Shown here piece by piece: positions 11,901 through 19,095 of a stretch of DNA of 64,000 nucleotides. The first letter of the stretch is position 1, and every line of letters starts with the position of its first letter. Where the stretch lies: positions 38,505-102,504 of the forward strand of contig JACPQL010000051.1 of assembly GCA_016190445.1 (NCBI GenBank), read 5' to 3'. The notes under the pieces are model-generated. The model searched no databases, was not told the DNA's origin, and saw only the letters and a list, made by a program, of their open reading frames with translations. The translations under genes were made by a program, and so were the position numbers. This stretch comes from Chloroflexota bacterium (lineage in GTDB: Bacteria; Chloroflexota; Dehalococcoidia; Lucifugimonadales; JACPQL01).

Positions 11901-12285
11901 GGCCCTCCACATACAGATTGACCCGCTCGCCCTCCCGGCCTCCCTCGCGCACCGCAGCCGTGTCCAGGTCATCGCCCGGAACGCGGAAAGCATCCGCCAC
12001 CCCGTAGGTGCCGCCCTCAGCAGTAATGCCACTGGCGAAGGTGCCCACCTCCACAAAGGAGCCGTCAGGCTGCTGTGCAGCCACCCTGGCAGTGATAGTC
12101 AGACCGGGAGGGGCCAGAGCGCCTCCCCTGAAAACGCTCTCACCTCCCACACCCCCGGTGATGGTGACGTGGCCGAAGAAGGCGTTGTCCGCAACAGGCA
12201 CCGCCCCCAGAGGCGAAACGAGGAGAAACACGGCGGTACCGAGGAGGGCCACCAGAGTAGTGCCAAGGACTATTACTCTACGCAC
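5911..12285 (-). CDS. Giant (2124 aa) secreted surface protein: Ig/FN3-like tandem repeats, PT- and GP-rich linkers, CARDB-like repeats, C-terminal TM anchor
   Basis: GTG start followed by a signal peptide ([28 protein letters not shown]). Near-identical ~190-aa repeats are present ([23 protein letters not shown]..., [11 protein letters not shown]...[24 protein letters not shown]). The C-terminal third has CARDB-like units. The C-terminus reads [32 protein letters not shown]. Confidence 0.85.
   Translation of the reverse strand: [2124 protein letters not shown]
8480..8990 (-). repeat. Low-complexity coding repeats inside the giant gene: Pro/Thr-rich linker (about 8480-8675) and a (Gly-Pro) run (about 8951-8985)
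   Basis: The protein reads [62 protein letters not shown] and [17 protein letters not shown]. The + strand shows ggcccngg-type periodicity and GVGVGV shadow ORFs. Confidence 0.85.
9050..11270 (-). repeat. Tandem coding repeats, period about 573-582 bp (three two-domain units), then two shorter ~270-bp single-domain units
   Basis: Shadow ORFs on the + strand recur at 11180, 10598, 10025, 9443 and 9170 with near-identical peptides (ASHANAGVE.VAGV.IRRF.GG). The sense-strand protein repeats are visibly more than 80 percent identical. Boundaries are approximate. Confidence 0.75.
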
Positions 12286-12542
12286 CGAGCACCGGCTTCA
12301 TCGTTGCTGCCACCCACTGCTCCCAACCTTCAACTACAAAGGAGAGCCCTCCTTGACGGACGCTCCTGTGCAGGGTAGCCATTGGCCAAGGAGGACTCTC
12401 TAACAAGCTACTACCGCCGGGCCCCACATCCCGGCCTTCCGGCCGCTTTGTGGGCCCCACCCATCCTCACACCCAGCCTAGGACTCTCTCGGCTCCTATT
12501 TTTCTTAGTCGCACTCTCTTCACGAGCAGGCACACCCCGCCG

Positions 12543-15500
12543 CTACGGCGTGATCACGCCCGCCAGTGTGAAGAGCCAGAAGCCCTCCCCAGGATTGGAG
12601 TTATCCGTCTCGGTCAGCCGACGGAACACGCCAAGATATATCTGCAACTCCGCACCCTCCTCAAAGGGGAACACGATCTCGTTATCATAGGTGAGCAGGG
12701 AGGACCACTTCACCGTGGGCACTGTGAGGCCGCGGAGGAACTGGCTTACCAGCACCGTCTTCTCCGAGTGCAGGCCCACCAGGTTCCAACCGTCCACCAC
12801 ATTGAAGGTGGGCGGGACAGCGCCAGGAGCCAGGAACTGACCGCCAATGGTCGCCTTTATGGGAGCCGGCGTGCCCGTTGCCCCTGGCAGCAGGGCCTCT
12901 GACTGCTTGAACACCCGTACTGGCCTGGCGCCGGGCGTCCCGTCTATGACCGCCTGGGTCCCTGTCGCCCCGGCGTTGTTGATCCAGATCACATCTCCGG
13001 TGGCGGGATTCTTCAAGAACTCTCGCGCCCTTACCCAGAACCCGTTGCCCACGTTCCACTTGTTGGGCGGCGCAGCGGTGAACTCCACGTCGTCAAATGG
13101 GTCCACGGTGGAGTCCAGCGGGCTGGCGGTGAAGTAACCTTTGAACGCGCCGACCCCGGAAACACCACCACTCCACCAGGTCACAGACTCCACTACGTGC
13201 TTCAGCTTCACCGTGCTGATACCGGTGACCGCCTGGAAGTCTGGATTGACGTTAGGCACCACCTGCTCCAGCACCTCCGCCACCGTATCGTAGCTCGCGT
13301 CGGGCTGAAGAGGCATAGAGACCAGGTTAAAGCCAGGCATCAGGTAGATGTTGAACGCTTGCAACGTAGCGACGATAACCGCCTGCACCTGCCCCACAGC
13401 CACGTTGCCGGAGGCATCCGTAGCCTTGATGTTGAGCGAGAAGGTGCCGGGCGGCGTCCCTGAAGGCACCAGGATAGGCAACACGTAGTTGGCCAACAGG
13501 CTAATTTGCCACTGGTCTCTCACGGCTCCAGGTATGTTGGCCACCGGCTCCAGGGCCTGCGTGGTGCCGCTACCGGGCAACACGAACTCCACCGTCTTCA
13601 CCCCGCTGAAGTCATCCGCTGCCGTGACCTGGAAGACCACCGGGTCCTTCTGCCGCGCCGAGATGTTACCCACCGGGTAGATCACCGGCAGTACGGTCAG
13701 GGTTGGTGCAGTCACGTCCAGCACCAGGATCAGATCCGCGCAGCCAAACAGGCCGCCCTTGTCCTCCATTACCGCCATCACCAGGTTGTACCCTGAGCCC
13801 AGGGAAACGATCTGCGAGAACGTGGTGGTGGCATCGAAGACCTTCTTGCTGAACACGGGCTTCTCAAGCAGCCCCAGACTACTGATCAACGTGTTCAGCG
13901 AGGTCGCCTCGGCGGCAGTGATCTTCCCGTCAGCGCAGGTAGACCGCCGCAGCGCCTGCACCTGTGCCACCGCGCTGCTGGACGAGGAGGTGACAATGCT
14001 CATGTCCAACTGCTTCGGGTTGTCCTCCACATAGCTACCGCTCACCGTCTCCGCGGGTGTCTTAGTGGGATACACCACCAGCGCGCCCAGCATGGTGGAC
14101 GACAGGGCCACCGACAGAGTCACCTGGGGCGGCTTGCTGTCCAGGTACACCGTGTTTGTCTTGGTCGCAAGGAGGATGGGATCATAGGCTTTCCTGGTAG
14201 CGCTGGCGGTGACCGCGTTTTCGCCCTCCGCCAGAGGGAACTTGGCGGTGAACAGGAGCTGGCCCGGGTCCGCGGGGTCCACGTTCACGGTGATGTCACT
14301 CGCCGCCACGAAACCCGCGCCCAGCACCTTCACGTCGTCTACCAGCCAGCCTCGCCCATCGTTGCCCCAGGGGTCCCAGCTATCGAACAGGAACCGTATG
14401 AAGCCAGTCTTCCCCACCTGGCTGCTCAGGTCCAGGGTCACAGCCACCAGGTCTGGGGCTGGCATGGGGCCCGCGACCCAGAAGTTGGGGATAAAGACCA
14501 CAGCCCACGACTTGCCAGGAAGCGAGTCTGGAGGGTAGACCTTCCCCGGCTGCGGGAACTCGCCCGGCGCAGGCGGGACCGGCGGGAAGTCAATGATCTG
14601 GGCCAGGGTGGTGCATGCGCCACCCGTCTCGCAGAACTGTATGAGCTTGCGGTCAAACTGGTCGCCGCCTTCGGTATCGTACCAGGTCTTGAACTCCAGG
14701 CTAGTGCCCTGGATGGTCATGGTCGCGGTGTCCAGCGCCCCCGCGTTGGCAAAGCCTGGCGTGTTGAAGCTGTTCTGGGGCTCGATGCCGTAGTACCAGA
14801 GAGGGTTGCCGGGCGCGTCATCGCCCGGGGCCACGACAGTGGTCGCGTGCCACAGGGAAGGCTCCGACGCCGGACGGTACGAGAATGGCGCCCCTGGCCC
14901 CCCGCCAATGACGCTGCTCTTCCCGTACTGGGCCACATCCGGGGCGCTTATGGAGCCCGGCGTGCCCAGGGTAGATGCCCCGGTCTTGGCAGGATTACCG
15001 AACAGTACAGTCTCAGGAAGCAGTACCCCGACCACTACGTCCGTGGTGGCCACCGAGGGGTCGTTGACGGTGCCAGTGACCGGGATCTTGCCGCCCACCA
15101 GCTCAGGGGAGTCCGGCGTGAAGGCAGCGCCGTCCGCGGGAGAGGTGATGGTCACCGCGAACTCCTCCGGGGTGACCTTCCTCACTTCAAAGCTCTTGGC
15201 CTGGCTCACGGGGGCCTCACCAGTCACGTTGGCGATGAGGGTGGCAGTCCAGAGGCCAACGGAGGTCTTCTCCACCACCGCTCCGGGCTTGAACCCCTTG
15301 TACACCGCGGGGGGAAACTCGTAGATATCCGCGTAGTAGAGGACGTTGCCGTCCACCCCCAGGCCTTCTACTCCAGAAGGAGGAGCAGGGGCCATGAAGC
15401 CCTGGAGGAAGTTGACCGGCGGCGTGACGTCCGTGGGGTCAATGACCTGGAACGTTTGCCCCTTCATGATGAACAGGTTGCTACCCACTGTAGCCGCATC

Positions 15501-17357
15501 TGCACCCACGGCCTGGATGTCCGGGTTCGGGTCGCCAGGAGGCCCGTTCACCTTCACCGATTGGATGACGTTGCCCGTGGCGGGGTTGATAACGTGGTAC
15601 TCGGTAAAGGAGTAACCGCCACCGAAGTCATAGCCCGCGGACTCCTCCACCGCCAGTATGTTGCCGCCATACGTGGCCAGGGCGCCGATGGCGTCCACGT
15701 CCGTGCCGCTCACTGCCAGGATAACGGGCGTGGTGGTAAGCGTTCCTCCAGACAGGATGGCGAACTTCCACAAGCTGGGTGGGTAGGTCGAGTTGTCCGC
15801 CAGGTACAGGTTGCTCCCCACCACCGTCGCCCCTTTAATCTGGTCGGAGGAGGTGCCTGCGGCGGTGATCACCTCCACCGTCTGGAGGAGCCCAGTGCCC
15901 GTGCCCACCACCGCGTTGGGGTCCACCACCTGGGCCGGGTCAATCACCTCCACGAAATCGGCAGGCGCACCGTCCACCGCCACATAGAGTGGGCTGGAGG
16001 CGCCTGCCAGGGCGTGAGGTGTGGGGGTGGGCGGTGAGGCCGCGGCAGGAAGCACGCTGTAGTACAGCTTATCGGTGTCGCCGTCCGCGAAGATGAGCCT
16101 GCCGAGCGTGGCATTGTACGCCACACCTTCCAGGTCCGTCAGACTCACCGTCGCCGTAGATAGCGTGGAGCCGTCCCCGGGGTTCTGGAACACCACCCGG
16201 TTGCCCCCCACGCCGACTACGGCACCTATGTAATAAGGCTCGAAGGCCATACTGCTGTAGCCATCGGCACCGCCGAAAACGGCCAGCGGCGCGCTCCAGA
16301 CCGTCGGCGCAAAGGGGTCCCAGAGAAGCGGGTCCTCAAGGTAGACCGGCGCGCTCCCAGGCGGCGTCCGGAGGCCACCCAGCACCAACTGGCCCGCCCA
16401 CGGATCAAAGGCCATGCCGCCAGTGGGCGAGGCCACCGGCGAGTCAACCGGGTACGCCTGGCCGTCCAGGAACCCCATGGGGAACCCGGTTGCCGGGTCC
16501 AGCGCCTCCACCTTCATAAGCCCGCCATCCAGGTACGAGACGAAGAGGACGGGCGTCACTCCACCCACCAGCCCAAAGGTGATCGCCTGGGCCTGGTCGT
16601 TGGGGGCATCGGCCCAGCCTATCAGCGAGCCGTCAAACTCGTTCAGCGCCAGGATCTTGTCGGGCTGCCCCACATCCCCCTGCACCAGCAGGAACAACTC
16701 CCCTGCCGCGTCGTAGGAGGTCAGGTCAATGGGCTCCGTCGTCGCACCTGCCGCCAGGGGTATTTCCGCGAAGAGCTTGACCTTGGGGAGCACGTCGCTG
16801 GGCACTGGCGTCGCAAGGCGGAAGGCCAGCGGCTTGTTCGGCTCGTTGGGGAAAGGCAACTCCACCGGCACAGGGTACTTCTTGATAGGGGGCTTGAACT
16901 TCAGCGTGTACTTGATCTTGCCCGTGATGCCAGGGGGAACGTAGCCGTACCCGTATCCTCCTGGTGGCACCACAATGTCCTCATAGGTTACGGTCACGCT
17001 CAGCGTCCCCAGGGGGTTGCCGCTCCCGTCCTTGGGAAGCGAGCCGGTCATGTCCGTGGTCCCAGGGACCATCGGCAGAGCGAGGTTGCTCAAGAAAGCG
17101 GCAAAGGGACTGGGGCCCGCAACGGTCAGCTTAACGGAGGTAAGAGCCAGAAACTCGGCAGGGTCCACAGTGACCGTGCCATTGAGAGTCACAACCTCGT
17201 TCAACTTGTACTGAGGAGGCGCTCCTGCCTTGGTGGTACCCAGCGTGACCCCGGAACCCAGGGCCGGCCCCGCAGCTAGCAGCAAAGCGAGGATAATACC
17301 TAAAGTGACCGCTACCGGACCGAGGACCCGACTCCGCCGCCAGATACTTTTCCTCAT
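12543..17357 (-). CDS. Large secreted multidomain surface protein (beta-propeller-like repeats, MAM/InhA-like beta-sandwich, Ig-like domains)
   Basis: ORF 12543..17432. I prefer ATG 17357 (MRKSIWRRSRVLGPVAVTLGIILALLLAAGPALG), which has an AAGGAAGG RBS 6 nt upstream. Motifs recur (LYYSV, LYVAVDG, SNLYLADNS, NVLYYADIY). The block LEFKTWYDTEGGDQFD...GFIRFLFDSWDPWGNDGRGWLVDDVKV resembles MAM or immune-inhibitor-A type domains. No C-terminal TM anchor. Confidence 0.7.
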   Translation of the reverse strand: MRKSIWRRSRVLGPVAVTLGIILALLLAAGPALGSGVTLGTTKAGAPPQYKLNEVVTLNGTVTVDPAEFLALTSVKLTVAGPSPFAAFLSNLALPMVPGTTDMTGSLPKDGSGNPLGTLSVTVTYEDIVVPPGGYGYGYVPPGITGKIKYTLKFKPPIKKYPVPVELPFPNEPNKPLAFRLATPVPSDVLPKVKLFAEIPLAAGATTEPIDLTSYDAAGELFLLVQGDVGQPDKILALNEFDGSLIGWADAPNDQAQAITFGLVGGVTPVLFVSYLDGGLMKVEALDPATGFPMGFLDGQAYPVDSPVASPTGGMAFDPWAGQLVLGGLRTPPGSAPVYLEDPLLWDPFAPTVWSAPLAVFGGADGYSSMAFEPYYIGAVVGVGGNRVVFQNPGDGSTLSTATVSLTDLEGVAYNATLGRLIFADGDTDKLYYSVLPAAASPPTPTPHALAGASSPLYVAVDGAPADFVEVIDPAQVVDPNAVVGTGTGLLQTVEVITAAGTSSDQIKGATVVGSNLYLADNSTYPPSLWKFAILSGGTLTTTPVILAVSGTDVDAIGALATYGGNILAVEESAGYDFGGGYSFTEYHVINPATGNVIQSVKVNGPPGDPNPDIQAVGADAATVGSNLFIMKGQTFQVIDPTDVTPPVNFLQGFMAPAPPSGVEGLGVDGNVLYYADIYEFPPAVYKGFKPGAVVEKTSVGLWTATLIANVTGEAPVSQAKSFEVRKVTPEEFAVTITSPADGAAFTPDSPELVGGKIPVTGTVNDPSVATTDVVVGVLLPETVLFGNPAKTGASTLGTPGSISAPDVAQYGKSSVIGGGPGAPFSYRPASEPSLWHATTVVAPGDDAPGNPLWYYGIEPQNSFNTPGFANAGALDTATMTIQGTSLEFKTWYDTEGGDQFDRKLIQFCETGGACTTLAQIIDFPPVPPAPGEFPQPGKVYPPDSLPGKSWAVVFIPNFWVAGPMPAPDLVAVTLDLSSQVGKTGFIRFLFDSWDPWGNDGRGWLVDDVKVLGAGFVAASDITVNVDPADPGQLLFTAKFPLAEGENAVTASATRKAYDPILLATKTNTVYLDSKPPQVTLSVALSSTMLGALVVYPTKTPAETVSGSYVEDNPKQLDMSIVTSSSSSAVAQVQALRRSTCADGKITAAEATSLNTLISSLGLLEKPVFSKKVFDATTTFSQIVSLGSGYNLVMAVMEDKGGLFGCADLILVLDVTAPTLTVLPVIYPVGNISARQKDPVVFQVTAADDFSGVKTVEFVLPGSGTTQALEPVANIPGAVRDQWQISLLANYVLPILVPSGTPPGTFSLNIKATDASGNVAVGQVQAVIVATLQAFNIYLMPGFNLVSMPLQPDASYDTVAEVLEQVVPNVNPDFQAVTGISTVKLKHVVESVTWWSGGVSGVGAFKGYFTASPLDSTVDPFDDVEFTAAPPNKWNVGNGFWVRAREFLKNPATGDVIWINNAGATGTQAVIDGTPGARPVRVFKQSEALLPGATGTPAPIKATIGGQFLAPGAVPPTFNVVDGWNLVGLHSEKTVLVSQFLRGLTVPTVKWSSLLTYDNEIVFPFEEGAELQIYLGVFRRLTETDNSNPGEGFWLFTLAGVITP

Positions 17358-17681
17358 TAGAGCCTTCCTTAGCTTGCTCCAGGAACTGCACCCCAGGACC
17401 ACCCCCCCACCCACAATAGTGATACCCATCACCTATGCATTCGGCTTGGCAGCTTACGCTCCCAAACCCCCACTGTCAAGCGCCCCTGGGCACAAGAAGG
17501 CGTTCCATTCCCCGTGCGTCGCCAGATTCCCAGGGCGATCAGCCACTGCCACCGCCAGCAGCTACTCCAAAACTCCCTCGGGGTCCCAGGCCAGGGCCTC
17601 TCCCCAACGTAGCATCGTCCTGCCCTGCGAGCACTACGCCCAACGGCGCCAGTGCTCCCGGGCGTGGGCCTCTTGGCACTG

Positions 17682-18143
17682 CTAAGGAGGTGCCAGCAGA
17701 GGGCCAGCCACGCGCTTCCTTGTCTCCAGATTGACAAAGGTCTCGGTGTGCCGAACGCCTGGGATGACTCCAACCTTGGTGTGCAGAAGGACAGCCAGCT
17801 CCGCAGCAGAGGCCACGTGCACCCAGATGAAAAGATCGTATGAGCCCGTTGTGATAGCCACATACTCAGCCTCTGCAAGCTGTGCCAGTTGTCCCGCTGC
17901 GGCCTCGACCTGCGACGGGTCCACCTGAAGCCCCACCAGCGCCGAGGTATGATAACCAAGCTTGGTCGGTTCAGCCACCGCCACTACCCGGATTATCTCC
18001 TCCTGGAGCAGTCGCCCCAGCCGCCTCCGTATGGTGCCCTCGCTCACCTCCAGCTCCCTGGCCATCTGCGCGTGAGAGGCCCTCCCATCCCGTTGAAGCT
18101 CAACTATTATCTTCCGGTCCAGGTCATCCAACTGTACTGGCAT
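17682..18143 (-). CDS. Lrp/AsnC family transcriptional regulator
   Basis: MPVQLDDLDRKIIVELQRDGRASHAQMARELEVSEGTIRRRLGRLLQEEII is the AsnC-type HTH. An RAM/ACT-like C-terminal domain follows. Length is 153 aa. Confidence 0.9.
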   Translation of the reverse strand: MPVQLDDLDRKIIVELQRDGRASHAQMARELEVSEGTIRRRLGRLLQEEIIRVVAVAEPTKLGYHTSALVGLQVDPSQVEAAAGQLAQLAEAEYVAITTGSYDLFIWVHVASAAELAVLLHTKVGVIPGVRHTETFVNLETRKRVAGPLLAPP

Positions 18144-18469
18144 TTCTCACCTCCGGCAGTGCAGCATCCTACCCCCGTACTCCGCACGTGTCAACGCACT
18201 TGAGCAGCGACTTTGGGCGATTGGAGAGTGTTATCCGTACCTCGGCAGGACTCCCACGCCTTCACCCACACCGAAAAGGAACGGAAAGCGCCCGGACCGT
18301 TTGCCCTCCGCCTGGGACGCTGGCCATGGTATACTTATGAGCCGGTGCTATTTCTGATGACAAGCAGGAGAGTCAGCGCGCGTGGCCCCCTCCGGTCGAG
18401 GAAGGCCAACTGAAATGCCAAGCCCCCCCTCCCCCCGGCGTGGTCTTGCCTCAAAACCCAAGGAAAGTG

Positions 18470-18511
18470 CAGAGAACCAAGGTTCTCTGCCGGGGTCTGG
18501 GGTGTCCCCAG
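18470..18511. repeat. REP-like hairpins in the lrp/ccmH divergent intergenic region
   Basis: cagagaacc-aa-ggttctctg (18470..18489) and ctgggg-tgt-ccccag (18497..18511). The reverse complement (atctggggacaccccagaccccggcagagaacc) closely matches 37513..37547 (atctgggggacacccccagacccccgccagagagg). Confidence 0.6.
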
Positions 18512-18564
18512 ATACAAAACCCTCTCGGGTGGGTTGGGTGGGAAAGAAGTCGCTAGCCTTTTTC

Positions 18565-19095
18565 ATGACTTTTTGGGGCAAAGCCCCCCGGCGTGGCCTG
18601 GTCCTGACAGCCATCCTCTTACTCGCCGCCCTGTTGCTCCAGACCGCAGGATGCACCAGCCAGAAGGGCCCGCCCTCGTTGGAAGAGCAGGCCCAGGCCC
18701 TTGACAAGAGCCTGATATGTCCCGTATGCCCCGGCGAGACCCTGGACCAGTCCCGTGCAGAGCTGGCCAACCAGATGCGCGCCATCATCAGGGAGAAGCT
18801 GGCCCAGGGTGAGACGCCCGAGTCCATCCGGCAGTTCTTTGTGGACAGGTACGGGCCCAGCGTGCTGGCAGCACCTCCACGACAGGGATTCCAATTGACG
18901 GTGTGGCTGGTGCCGCCGGTAGCCGTGGCTGTAGGGGGTCTGCTGCTGGTCATGGTGCTGCGCCACCTGCGCCGCATCCCCCAGGCAGAGCAGCCAGTCT
19001 CCTCTGAGGAGGCCCTCCAGCCTTATCTGGCCATGGTAGACAAGGAGATGGAGGAGCAAATAGAGCGACCCAGCGGTGCACAGGAGGATGAATGA
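18565..19095 (+). CDS. ccmH: Cytochrome c-type biogenesis protein CcmH
   Basis: Internal ATG 18565 gives a signal/lipoprotein-like N-terminus (MTFWGKAPRRGLVLTAILLLAALLLQTAGC). The CxxC block ICPVCPGETLDQSRAELANQMRAIIREKLAQGETPESIRQFFVDRYG is followed by a C-terminal TM helix. Confidence 0.85.
   Translation: MTFWGKAPRRGLVLTAILLLAALLLQTAGCTSQKGPPSLEEQAQALDKSLICPVCPGETLDQSRAELANQMRAIIREKLAQGETPESIRQFFVDRYGPSVLAAPPRQGFQLTVWLVPPVAVAVGGLLLVMVLRHLRRIPQAEQPVSSEEALQPYLAMVDKEMEEQIERPSGAQEDE

Noticed and set aside
5779-16037. Plus-strand ORFs inside the giant surface genes (5779-6831, 7072-7971, 7106-8263, 8317-9084, 14847-16037 and others)
   Set aside because: They are Arg/Gly/His/Pro-rich with no signal or domain logic. 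The minus strand carries uninterrupted 1.1-2.1 kaa ORFs with signal peptides and repeated beta-sandwich domains.
17429-17959. 176-aa ORF overlapping the Lrp/AsnC gene on the same strand
   Set aside because: It lies in a different frame nested over a gene with a clear AsnC HTH, and its composition is Trp/Arg/Ser-rich. It is most likely spurious.
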